A DNA stretch of 64,000 nt from an uncultured virus (IMG/VR IMGVR_UViG_3300006112_000009) (taxonomy: Duplodnaviria > Heunggongvirae > Uroviricota > Caudoviricetes). The position numbers and the translations under genes were made by a program. The notes beneath the pieces were generated by a model. That model had not been told where the DNA came from. It saw nothing but the letters and a program-made list of their open reading frames with translations, and made no database searches. The DNA lies in the IMG/VR virus record IMGVR_UViG_3300006112_000009, one strand, 5' to 3'. This document shows positions 9,046-18,412 of this stretch, piece by piece; the first letter of the stretch is position 1, and every line of letters starts with the position of its first letter.

Positions 9046-9732
9046 ATGTACATACCAAATAAATTTATTTACGAACCTATTAGTAGAGTTGATACACCAG
9101 AGGGACGTAGATATGCTACACCCGACGGTAACAAACTTCCATCAGTAACTACGATTCTTTCAGCAACTACTCCTGAAGAAAAGAAATTAATTTTACAAAA
9201 CTGGCGTAATCGTGTAGGCCATGCTAAAGCACAAGAGATTACAACAGAAGCCGCAGGTCGCGGTACAAGAATGCACAAGTTCTTGGAAGATTATATCAAG
9301 ACAGGGGTGTTAAATGCATCAGGATCGAATCCCTATAGTATCCAAAGTCACAAAATGGCTGATTCAATTATCAGGCAAGGCTTATCGCAATGCACTGAAT
9401 TTTGGGGTACAGAAGTCCCATTATATTTCCCTGCAGTATACGCTGGAACAACTGACTTGGTCGGTGTCCATGATGGTAGTGAATCTATTATGGATCATAA
9501 GCAGACTAATAAGCCTAAAAAGCGTGAGTGGATTGACGACTACTTTATACAACTTACGGCTTATGCAACAGCACATAACGAACTTCACGGTACAAAAATC
9601 CGCAAAGGCGTCATTTTTATGTGCGATCCGAACGCTATGTACCAAGAGTTTATCATAGAAGGAAATGAGTTTGACAAGTATCAACAAGAGTGGTACAAAA
9701 GACTAGAACAATACTATAGTCAGTTCGTATAA
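9046..9732 (+). CDS. PD-(D/E)XK exonuclease (Cas4/RecB-like phage nuclease)
   Basis: LPSVTTIL, RGTRMH, E..L, AGTTDL, IMDHKQT, QLTAYA motifs. Confidence 0.85.
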   Translation: MYIPNKFIYEPISRVDTPEGRRYATPDGNKLPSVTTILSATTPEEKKLILQNWRNRVGHAKAQEITTEAAGRGTRMHKFLEDYIKTGVLNASGSNPYSIQSHKMADSIIRQGLSQCTEFWGTEVPLYFPAVYAGTTDLVGVHDGSESIMDHKQTNKPKKREWIDDYFIQLTAYATAHNELHGTKIRKGVIFMCDPNAMYQEFIIEGNEFDKYQQEWYKRLEQYYSQFV

Positions 9733-9765
9733 AGGGTGATAAATAATATATCGGACGGATATATT

Positions 9766-11541
9766 ATGCCAATTGTACAAATTTCAAAAATGCAACATAG
9801 AGTCGGAGCACTTTCCGACTTACCTCAACTTGATATAGGTGAGTTAGGGTTTGCAACAGACGAAAATCGTTTATTTATAGGGAATGACCCTATCTTACAC
9901 CCAGTTGGAACTGGTGAAGTAACCAACACTGAGGTATTAACCAGTGATCCAAACTGTTCAATAAGTTTCAGTCAATTAAGTGGAACATTATCAATTGCAA
10001 TAGGTAATTTAAAAATTGTTAATAATACCGGTGACACTACAAACAATAACGGTAAAGTTCTTCAAACTGATGCTCACGGAAATTTAAGCTGGGCTACAGT
10101 ATCAGGTTTGGGTAGTGGTGCTCCTGGTGGCGGCAACACACAAATTCAATATAACTCCAGCACACAATTTGCTGGACAAAGTAATCTAACATACAACGAC
10201 ACTAGTAATACATTAACAACTGATAATATTCATTTGTTTGGTAATTTACTAGCTGCCGGTAATATCTCCTCAGCACGTTTTTCAGGTGACGGTGGAACAT
10301 TAAGCAACATTACTGGTGGTAATGTTACTGGATTTGTTGCTAATGCAAATATTGCAAACACAATACGCAATGCCTCACAACCTAACATCACTAGTATCGG
10401 AACATTATCTAACTTGACAGTTACAGGTAATGTCACAAGTAATGGAAACTTGAAGGTAGCAAACGCATTAAGTGCCAATAACGTTAGTTCATATGGTACC
10501 GGTGGCAATGGATTTGTTGTTGGTAACGGAGCACAGAATCAATCAGCACTTGCATTCGTGCCAACAACTGGTGTTGGTGCTAACATGGCTATTCGTGATT
10601 TTTCAACTGTTCCAAGTTTCATGTACTTTGATGTGTCAGTTGGTGCTAATGCTAATGGACAGTTTGTATTCCGTACAGGTAACGGATTCCACACTTATGC
10701 AACACTTGCAAATTCAGGAACAACATTAGCTAACGGATTAGTAGTTACAGGTAACATTACCGGTAATGTAATTATTGGCAATGGTTCTTCATTGTCAGCA
10801 ATTACAGGAGCAAATGTAACTGGACAAGTTAGTAATAGTTTAATTGCTGGTACAGTTTACACAAATGCACAGCCAAATATTACTAGTGTGGGCACACTTG
10901 CTAACTTGACAGTTACAGGTAACGTACAAGCAACAAATTTCTTAGGCGACGGTGGTTATTTAAGTAATATTCAAGCAGGTAACATTATAGGTAATGTTCA
11001 ACGTGCTAACATAGCTAACTTAGCAGCTACTGCTACTACAGTAGTTGCACCTAATCAACCTAATATTACAAGCGTAGGTCCTCTTGCTAACTTAAGCGTG
11101 TTAGGTAATGTCACAAGTAATGGATTCTATATTGGTAACGGTAGTTTATTGACAGGTACATTGCCAAGTAGATCCAATGTCAGTATAGCAACTGCTAATA
11201 TTGCGAATGCGGTTTCAGCAAACGTTACAATCTCTGCGTATAAAGGTTATGCTTTATATAGTTTACAAACAACGGCTGCTGCTTGGGTAACAATTTATAC
11301 TTCTGTTGCTGCTAGAACGGCAGATGCTTCTAGACCAATTACAAGTGATCCTCTTCCAGGTTCAGGAGTTATTGCTGAAGTTGTTACTGCCAACACTGAC
11401 CCGATTGTGTTTACACCAGCATTGATGGGTTTCAGTAATGAATCAGTTCCTGATGGAAACATTCAATTGAGAGTTAATAATTTAAGTGGTGCTCATCAAG
11501 CTATCACTGTTACATTAACTGTGTTGCCATTAGAGAAATAA
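9766..11541 (+). CDS. tail fibre/spike-like protein
   Basis: N-terminal L..GELGFATDENRLFIG (tropism-determinant-N-like); repeated QPNITSVGTL.NL.V.GNV units; N/G/T-rich. Confidence 0.7.
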   Translation: MPIVQISKMQHRVGALSDLPQLDIGELGFATDENRLFIGNDPILHPVGTGEVTNTEVLTSDPNCSISFSQLSGTLSIAIGNLKIVNNTGDTTNNNGKVLQTDAHGNLSWATVSGLGSGAPGGGNTQIQYNSSTQFAGQSNLTYNDTSNTLTTDNIHLFGNLLAAGNISSARFSGDGGTLSNITGGNVTGFVANANIANTIRNASQPNITSIGTLSNLTVTGNVTSNGNLKVANALSANNVSSYGTGGNGFVVGNGAQNQSALAFVPTTGVGANMAIRDFSTVPSFMYFDVSVGANANGQFVFRTGNGFHTYATLANSGTTLANGLVVTGNITGNVIIGNGSSLSAITGANVTGQVSNSLIAGTVYTNAQPNITSVGTLANLTVTGNVQATNFLGDGGYLSNIQAGNIIGNVQRANIANLAATATTVVAPNQPNITSVGPLANLSVLGNVTSNGFYIGNGSLLTGTLPSRSNVSIATANIANAVSANVTISAYKGYALYSLQTTAAAWVTIYTSVAARTADASRPITSDPLPGSGVIAEVVTANTDPIVFTPALMGFSNESVPDGNIQLRVNNLSGAHQAITVTLTVLPLEK

Positions 11542-11542
11542 A

Positions 11543-12862
11543 ATGATTTTTAAACCACTTATCAACTCTCACAAATTCGTAGCTGATTTTTCTAGTATCA
11601 GTGATGCCGTTGTGAAGGATAACTATCTAACACCTCCTATGATTTCAAAAGCATACAATATGCCTGAAAGTACTGGGTTTAAAGTCACTATTGGAATCAT
11701 CAGCTTGGGCGGAGGATTTTTACAAAGCGATTTAGACAGGTCAATGAGTGACTTAGGTTTAGAATCTCCTTCAATTAATTTCATTTCAATTGACAGTGCA
11801 ACCAATGACTTTGATAATAGTGTTTATAGTATCGAAAACACTTTAGATATTTTTTGCATTGCTAGTATGGTTCCCGATGCAACTATTAATATCTATATTG
11901 CATCCCCTGATATGACTAACAATTCACAAGTTGTATCAGATTTTAATGCTGCTGTGCAACAAGCCATTAACGATGGATGTGATTTGATTAATATCTCTTG
12001 GGGTACTAATGAAGTTGGAGATCATGGTCAACCAGGTGGTGATGTATTTGATACTGTGTTGGCAAACGCAGAAGCATTGGGCATAACAGTTTTTGTTGCT
12101 AGCGGAGATTTTGGATCATACAACCCTACAGTAGACAATTCAGTTAATCCTTTACTTGGTATTGCTCCTGTATATCCTGCAAGTAGCGCAAGAGTAATTG
12201 CTGTTGGTGGGACTTACCTAACCCTTAATACTGATGGTACAAGAAATACTGAGTATGCAGCACAAAACTCAGGTGGTGGTATTAGTAGAATCATACCAGT
12301 ACCAGCATGGCAAGATAAATTGCCGTATATTGGTGCAGGATTGTTGAGTAATACAAGCACTAAGTTAGTCAAGTATGCACTTACTAATAGTCCAAGAGTT
12401 GGTAGAGGTGTTCCTGATTTAGCTGCACCATATTACAATTATGTTTTTTATTTCAACAATGCATTAGTTGCAGCAAACGGCACAAGTGCTAGTTGCCCTG
12501 TAATCTTAGGTATGTTTGCTAGATTCATTTCATTGAATCATGGAAGAAGACCTGCATATGGTGCAAGTACATTTATGACAGAGTTTTATCCCTTTGTTAA
12601 AACTGCATTTTTCAATGCTACGTTTGATAAAACATTTACTAATACAGGTGTGATTGGTAATAGCGACATTACAACAGCTAACATTGCAAACATAAATGCA
12701 GGATATATTTCAACTACTAACAGTTGGAATCCAGTAACTGGATTGGGTGCACCTAACGGTAGAAATCTATATAGATTAACCGGAGTCACTGGACAAACCT
12801 ATCCATACAACAGTTCAAGTAGACCAGGCAACGGTATTCTCTACCCACGTAAACTCGTCTAA
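11543..12862 (+). CDS. S53 (sedolisin/kumamolisin) family serine-carboxyl peptidase
   Basis: TIGIISLGGGF, E..LD (ENTLD), ISWG, ASGDFG oxyanion, PASS..V.AVGGT, RGVPDLA, catalytic GTSASCP, WNPVTGLGAP. Confidence 0.85.
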   Translation: MIFKPLINSHKFVADFSSISDAVVKDNYLTPPMISKAYNMPESTGFKVTIGIISLGGGFLQSDLDRSMSDLGLESPSINFISIDSATNDFDNSVYSIENTLDIFCIASMVPDATINIYIASPDMTNNSQVVSDFNAAVQQAINDGCDLINISWGTNEVGDHGQPGGDVFDTVLANAEALGITVFVASGDFGSYNPTVDNSVNPLLGIAPVYPASSARVIAVGGTYLTLNTDGTRNTEYAAQNSGGGISRIIPVPAWQDKLPYIGAGLLSNTSTKLVKYALTNSPRVGRGVPDLAAPYYNYVFYFNNALVAANGTSASCPVILGMFARFISLNHGRRPAYGASTFMTEFYPFVKTAFFNATFDKTFTNTGVIGNSDITTANIANINAGYISTTNSWNPVTGLGAPNGRNLYRLTGVTGQTYPYNSSSRPGNGILYPRKLV

Positions 12863-12873
12863 TAAGATAAATA

Positions 12874-12951
12874 TTCTAGTACGACTCACATAGGGTGAGT
12901 TTTATGCGGAAGTTCAACCGCGTAGTGGGTTAGAACCCACATTTTCTAGGA
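12874..12951 (+). promoter_or_regulatory. structured 5' leader (three hairpins plus a closing stem over the RBS)
   Basis: GACTCAC/GTGAGTT, TATGCGG/CCGCGTA, GTGGGT/ACCCAC, closed by TTCTAG/CTAGGA; directly after GATAAATA 12866-12873. Confidence 0.6.
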
Positions 12952-12959
12952 GAAATAAA

Positions 12960-14186
12960 ATGGGACGTCCTTTAGCAAAAAGATATTTCGGTAATCTTAA
13001 CACAAACGATACCGGAGATAATGCATCAACATATTCACGTAGTTCACACGAAGGTATCGGTGGTCAAGGTGTTGCAAGTTACGGTACAATCGTAGCAGGT
13101 TCAGGTTGGACAACAATTCCAACTGTTTCATTCAGTGGCCCAACATTGCCAGGTGGACAATCAGTTGCTGGTACAGTACATTACAAAGCATTATCATTCG
13201 CTACAACAGCAAATGGTTCAGGTTATAACGTAGGTGATGTAGTAGAAGTACACACAGGTACTGCAACTACGAAGGCACGTGCAACAGTTGCGGCTATTAC
13301 TGTTGTTACAGCTACAAAACATTTAAACACAGGTACAGGTTACGCTGATGGTGATACAATCACATTTAGTTCAGGTTGGTCAACACCTTGTGTATTGCGT
13401 GTAAATCGTCCAGGTGGCGGTACAGGTAGCGCTGATAACTATACTATTGTTAACCCAGGTGTTCGTAGTTCAGCAGCTCCAACTAACCCAGTATCTCCAG
13501 ACAGTCACACTGGTTCTGGTTCTGGTGCAACTGTTGACTTTGTATTCGGTGCATATTCATTCAGCGCACCAACAGTAGCAGGTGATTACACTACATTCCC
13601 AAGCACAAATAGTGCAGGTGTTTTAGATTCAATTAGTCCAGCAACTGGTACAGGTGCTAAAGCTGATATCACTATGGGTCTATTGAGCATTACCGTAACA
13701 GATCCAGGTTCTGGATACTTAAATGCTGCCGATGCAGCAGTAAGTTTCAGTGGTTCAACTGGTGCAGCAGCTACCGCAGTATTGACTACTGACGATGGTA
13801 CACCATATGATGCAGAAGCATTCCCAGCTATCATTGCATACGCTAAGACTACTTCAGGTGGCACAAACCAAATCGCTGACATCAATCGTCAACGTGGTTC
13901 ACATCGTTATTACGTAACTACAGCAGATGGTTCAGCAGTTTGCCAATTGAAGACAACTGGTGCAGCAAGTTCTGCAGGTGAAATGACTATCAAGGCAACT
14001 GATAGTGCTGGTAAAACATATTATGTTCAAAAATTAACAGCACACAGAGCAACACTAGTTCCTTATGGATCAAGCGGTTGGAACTTCCCATTGGTAAATT
14101 CTCAACCTCAATCAGTTCACTGGACTTTCAGTACTGGCGATACAACATACAACAGTGCTACATCTGTTGTTATCGAAAACGCTTAA
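12960..14186 (+). CDS. virion structural protein (G/T/S-rich, beta-repeat)
   Basis: MGRPL start, repeated ...GSGY... motifs, own late promoter, AGGAG RBS and terminator. Confidence 0.6.
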   Translation: MGRPLAKRYFGNLNTNDTGDNASTYSRSSHEGIGGQGVASYGTIVAGSGWTTIPTVSFSGPTLPGGQSVAGTVHYKALSFATTANGSGYNVGDVVEVHTGTATTKARATVAAITVVTATKHLNTGTGYADGDTITFSSGWSTPCVLRVNRPGGGTGSADNYTIVNPGVRSSAAPTNPVSPDSHTGSGSGATVDFVFGAYSFSAPTVAGDYTTFPSTNSAGVLDSISPATGTGAKADITMGLLSITVTDPGSGYLNAADAAVSFSGSTGAAATAVLTTDDGTPYDAEAFPAIIAYAKTTSGGTNQIADINRQRGSHRYYVTTADGSAVCQLKTTGAASSAGEMTIKATDSAGKTYYVQKLTAHRATLVPYGSSGWNFPLVNSQPQSVHWTFSTGDTTYNSATSVVIENA

Positions 14187-14202
14187 TTAATTTAAGCACA
14201 AC

Positions 14203-14230
14203 AAAAAAGCCGCTTTATGCGGCTTTTTTT
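14203..14230. terminator. bidirectional intrinsic terminator
   Basis: AAAAAAGCCGC-TTTAT-GCGGCTTTTTTT between convergent genes. Confidence 0.85.
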
Positions 14231-14634
14231 ATTAGTTTCTGTAATTTATCTTGTACAACATCAAAGTTAATTGTGTTAAACAATCCCGGGTGTAATGGTT
14301 TTGGATAATGCTCAAACTCTACCCAAGCATAACCACAATGTTCTTCATTTAGTTTAGGGATAAACTCAGCATCTACTTGACAAAAGAATGTGTGGTAGGT
14401 GAAGTTGTTATTTACAAACTTCTGTATTGGAATAAGTTTTGGTTCTTTTGGAAAATAGCCAAGTTCTTCTAAACATTCACGTTCAACACCTTCATACAGT
14501 GTTTCATCTTTTTCAACTTTGCCACCGGGAATGCCCCAGTTGCCTGGGTTTCTTTCATCGTTTCTTAGTAAGTATAAAAATCTATGTGAATCTATAGCGT
14601 AGAAGAAAATGCCTGCGCTAGTATTTGTTATCAT
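14215..14634 (-). CDS. NUDIX hydrolase
   Basis: Nudix box GGKVEKDETLYEGVERECLEELG; LNEEH..YAW. Confidence 0.9.
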   Translation of the reverse strand: MITNTSAGIFFYAIDSHRFLYLLRNDERNPGNWGIPGGKVEKDETLYEGVERECLEELGYFPKEPKLIPIQKFVNNNFTYHTFFCQVDAEFIPKLNEEHCGYAWVEFEHYPKPLHPGLFNTINFDVVQDKLQKLIKKAA

Positions 14635-14653
14635 ACTATGATTTATCTCATAG

Positions 14654-16030
14654 TTAAATGACGATAGAATAATCACCTTCCGAATACCAACCTTCGTAAC
14701 TCTTCATCCATACACCATCAGCCCAACGATATTGAACACCTGAGTATAAGTTAGTAACGAATTGAGTATCGGGGAATAATTGGCTATCAAATGCAACTTC
14801 CCATCTACCTGTATTTGACACATATTGAATAATGTCATTTGGATTTGCAGTTACACTGCCCCATGCAACACTAGTTCCATCTAATCCTTCAACGATTAGA
14901 TAACGTTGACCATCTGCTGCTTCGGGTAATCCATGTTCAATACCACTAGACTCTTGTGGGCCAATAACATGAGGATTGATAACTCTATCCACAGGTGCTA
15001 GTGTGTCTTGTGGTAATGTATCATTGTCAAAACTTAACAACAATATTCTATCATCAGATGGATGTAGAGCAAAGGTTGCAACAATCGGGTTGCTTAGATA
15101 TGGATTGTCTAACCAAATTTGACTACTTGGTTTTATTGTGCCATACACGTTTAGTAAACTTGTCCAGTATAATTGTGTGTTAGGATTTTCTGGCAAGTCA
15201 ATTGCTTCATTGTTTGGATATGAAGGTTGACTGCCCGGTACTAGTTGTAAGCTGTTGCCAATCAATAATACTTTGTATCCATATGGTGTGACTTTTTCTC
15301 GTGTACCTAACAACAACGAATCGTCTTTCATGTCAGTCAATGCATTGCCTTGGAAGATACTATTGATAATCTTATGAATAACACCAAGTTTCTTAACTTT
15401 AGCACTTGAACTTATCCAGACAGGCATGTAGAATTTCCAAGACATTACATCAATAGGATTACCTGAGCCAACAGGAATACTGCGACTACTGAAGGTTAGT
15501 CCATCTTGATATACTACTGATAATGAAGTCCAATCAATAAAGTTATCAGTGCTTTGTAATTCCATTGCAGGATTAAACAATACACCAAGTTGCTCAATCA
15601 ATTCTAGTTTTTGATTGTAGTTAGTTGTCCAAAAGTCTACTGTGATACGCAATGTATACGGTACTGGCATTAGCCTTTCAACTGTAAATGCTTGTCCTTG
15701 GGTGTTTTCAAACTGTTGAGTATCAGCATTGTATGTACGACGGCGAACATTCATTTTATCAATAAAGAATGGATCCTGTGTACGTTTTTGATCGTATTCT
15801 AATCCACTGATATAATAAGTAATCATGGGTGCACTTGGTACGCTGCTTGCACTATTATTAGCAATAATAGTACTTGCTTGACGACTTGAATCTCCATATT
15901 GAATTGGTACACGAACAAGTATAGGATTACCTGCAGGGTCGTTGCCCTTTGTTACTTGCCAGTCGGAAAAAATGCGACCAAATTGAATTAAAAAACGACG
16001 GATTTGATTATCGTAGAAGAATGCTGCCAT
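14654..16030 (-). CDS. tail sheath stabiliser/tail terminator (T4 gp15-like) with C-terminal extension
   Basis: FFYD.QIRRF..QF..IFS, VPI.YG, PVPY.L, Q.LE..EQ....FNP motifs. Confidence 0.75.
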   Translation of the reverse strand: MAAFFYDNQIRRFLIQFGRIFSDWQVTKGNDPAGNPILVRVPIQYGDSSRQASTIIANNSASSVPSAPMITYYISGLEYDQKRTQDPFFIDKMNVRRRTYNADTQQFENTQGQAFTVERLMPVPYTLRITVDFWTTNYNQKLELIEQLGVLFNPAMELQSTDNFIDWTSLSVVYQDGLTFSSRSIPVGSGNPIDVMSWKFYMPVWISSSAKVKKLGVIHKIINSIFQGNALTDMKDDSLLLGTREKVTPYGYKVLLIGNSLQLVPGSQPSYPNNEAIDLPENPNTQLYWTSLLNVYGTIKPSSQIWLDNPYLSNPIVATFALHPSDDRILLLSFDNDTLPQDTLAPVDRVINPHVIGPQESSGIEHGLPEAADGQRYLIVEGLDGTSVAWGSVTANPNDIIQYVSNTGRWEVAFDSQLFPDTQFVTNLYSGVQYRWADGVWMKSYEGWYSEGDYSIVI

Positions 16031-16048
16031 ATAGTACCTTTTAACTAT

Positions 16049-16249
16049 TTAGTGCTTGTGAAATCGCTTAAATGCAGGAAGAGTAGTTTCCTTATCGCAC
16101 ACGCTACAGTACATTTTTATTTTGTTAGGATCTATTCTATCTGCATTATTAAAAGGGTGTTCTTTGTTAGCTAACATTTTTTGTTGTGCTTCTTTAGCTT
16201 TTTGTTTATTTTCTTCTTGTTGAAAAGCATGGGTACCTTTAGATAACTC
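16049..16249 (-). pseudogene. C-terminal remnant of a probable HNH/NUMOD-type homing endonuclease
   Basis: 66-codon open frame ELSKGTHAFQQ...KEHPFNN...YCSVCDK...FKRFHKH directly after and in frame with the neck-gene stop; no start at its 5' end. Confidence 0.5.
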
Positions 16250-18307
16250 TTAATCTACTTGTATTTTTAAGATGTTTGAAAGAGGTTGTTGCTGTGGAAT
16301 TGTTGTACCATCAGTCAATGTAGTTGTTGCAGTGTTATTTACAAATGATCCCATCAATGTTTCACTTGATGTAGGACCTGCTTGTGCTCTAACATTAACA
16401 CCGATACGTACCCATAATGTACCATCATATCTGTATAAGATATTAGGTAGATAATCAGTACGCAAGAAATAGTCGCCTAAATTAGGGTTAGTCGGGAATG
16501 TTATTCCTGATCCAGTTGGTAGTCCGTTTGGAGCAGTACCATCACCGATTAAATATCCATTAGTATAACCAAATCCTTGAGGAGTAAACTGTTTGATATA
16601 TGCAAATCTAGGATCAGCGTCAGCACGATAATCCATGACGTTTTGCTGTATTGGGTTGCCAGTGAAACTTGCACCCAATGTAATGGTCGCACCTACTGGG
16701 ATATTTGCAATAGTTGGCTTGCTAACTGTAATTGTATTAGCAGTTGCATCATATCCTGCTAGTAATGTACCAGGTGCAAATGCATCAATAACTGTAGTCG
16801 CGCCGTTTGTTTCTGATAGTGATGCGTTGATATCTAAATCCAATGAACCCACTTCATCATAATATGTATCTAAGTTCAATGGATCAATTGCTTGTTGTAC
16901 ATGCAACACAGTAGAACCAGTTGGTATAGATTGTGCTGCTATCAAGTAAATACTTGGATATTGGTCAGTATGCGAATATGTATTATCTGCTGTACCGTAT
17001 GGTTCTGTGATAACACTTGTAGCTTTAATTTTAAGTACGGGTGTTGAGTCAACTAATCCAGAACCAGTATCAGTTTTTTCAGGAAGAATTTCTGCTTCTT
17101 GAATGCTGACTTTAACAAATTCTTGCAATGCAACTATATCATCTTCTGTTAGTTTAAACAATTCTTTACGTGCGGCAGCACCGATACGAATTGCTGGACT
17201 AGGATTTTTATATTTAGGATTGTAGACTAAAGCAAGTTCACCCCTAATTGGAGTAGGACTATTTGGATTACTTAAAATTCTAACTGGATTAGCAGGTTGA
17301 CTTCCCTGTGCATCAATTGTTGGTACAAGATATAGTTGACTTCTATCGTACCCATTTTTAGGTACCAATCGTGCTGCTTCTGCAATTGCGGCATCATTTA
17401 TAGCAATGTTTGTGTTGTAACGACTGATAATGTCTGATAGATTATCAGCACTACTCAATTGCCACATAGGTGTGAAATATGTTGCGTTGGTTACAGGAGT
17501 TCCAAAAGGTGGACTACCATTGACCATATAGGTGATACCGTTTTCAGTGACCATTGATCCTGAACTATATGTAGCTGTATTTGAGTATGCCGCACCGGTG
17601 CAAGGTGTACCTGCTGGAATATTACCTAGTGTCGTGTATGTTTTATCACCATACGTAACGGTATAACCTGCAACATACGTACTATTACTATTCCAATTAC
17701 CAAGATAGTTATCTTTGTTAATTGGTTGGCTTAATATTGTGCTAAACTCTTGACTATCAACTAGTGGTTCACACTTGATACGCCACAAGTGCGGATACCA
17801 TGTTTGTGTAAATCCTTCACTAGCAAAGTTAGCATCGGTTACTTGATAGTATCTACGTAATCCAATTGGCAATGTTTCATTCAATGGATGATAGTCAGTT
17901 AAGTGAGGTAGTTCAAACACGTCGCCAACCATCAACTTACGGCCCACAGTATCAATCATATCATTATAATGTACTGTGATAAAGATAATATCGTTGTTTA
18001 GAAACAATCCAAACTGACTTAAATCAAAGTCTAGGTTCTGAACGTTGTAATGCCCACGTAATATATAAATGTCAGGTGCGTAAGTTCTATCACGGTTCTC
18101 TAAAAACAATAAGTCTTGAATTTTAGTAGGATCAAGTGTAGTATTTTGAGGTTGTGTTAAATCGGTACTTGTGCCCTGATTTGAGGGACCCAAATATTTG
18201 TGAATGTATAAATCTGTGGCCCCAACAGTAAACATTTCCTTGATTGTTCTATCAAGGAACTTGAAGTCGTTAGATTTGGTTGGCCTATAAAGCGAGAGTC
18301 TTGGCAT
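16250..18307 (-). CDS. neck protein (T4 gp14-like) with long extension
   Basis: MPRLSLY start at 18307; DLLFLENRDR.Y, DLSQFGLF, GDVFELPH motifs; upstream of gp15-like gene; late promoter 18328-18335 (minus). Confidence 0.65.
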   Translation of the reverse strand: MPRLSLYRPTKSNDFKFLDRTIKEMFTVGATDLYIHKYLGPSNQGTSTDLTQPQNTTLDPTKIQDLLFLENRDRTYAPDIYILRGHYNVQNLDFDLSQFGLFLNNDIIFITVHYNDMIDTVGRKLMVGDVFELPHLTDYHPLNETLPIGLRRYYQVTDANFASEGFTQTWYPHLWRIKCEPLVDSQEFSTILSQPINKDNYLGNWNSNSTYVAGYTVTYGDKTYTTLGNIPAGTPCTGAAYSNTATYSSGSMVTENGITYMVNGSPPFGTPVTNATYFTPMWQLSSADNLSDIISRYNTNIAINDAAIAEAARLVPKNGYDRSQLYLVPTIDAQGSQPANPVRILSNPNSPTPIRGELALVYNPKYKNPSPAIRIGAAARKELFKLTEDDIVALQEFVKVSIQEAEILPEKTDTGSGLVDSTPVLKIKATSVITEPYGTADNTYSHTDQYPSIYLIAAQSIPTGSTVLHVQQAIDPLNLDTYYDEVGSLDLDINASLSETNGATTVIDAFAPGTLLAGYDATANTITVSKPTIANIPVGATITLGASFTGNPIQQNVMDYRADADPRFAYIKQFTPQGFGYTNGYLIGDGTAPNGLPTGSGITFPTNPNLGDYFLRTDYLPNILYRYDGTLWVRIGVNVRAQAGPTSSETLMGSFVNNTATTTLTDGTTIPQQQPLSNILKIQVD

Positions 18308-18358
18308 AGTTTGATCCAATTGTCTTGTATTTATGACTAAAGTATTACCACAAAACAC

Positions 18359-18387
18359 TTGACAATAAATGGAATCTCATATATAAT
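18359..18387 (+). promoter_or_regulatory. perfect consensus sigma70 promoter (early)
   Basis: TTGACA-17 nt-TATAAT. Confidence 0.85.
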
Positions 18388-18412
18388 TGATACATTGTTA
18401 ATAGGAGCATAC

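Noticed and set aside
9766..11541. Diversity-generating retroelement target, suggested by the tropism-determinant-like N-terminus
   Set aside because: No reverse transcriptase and no template/variable repeat pair seen in the window.
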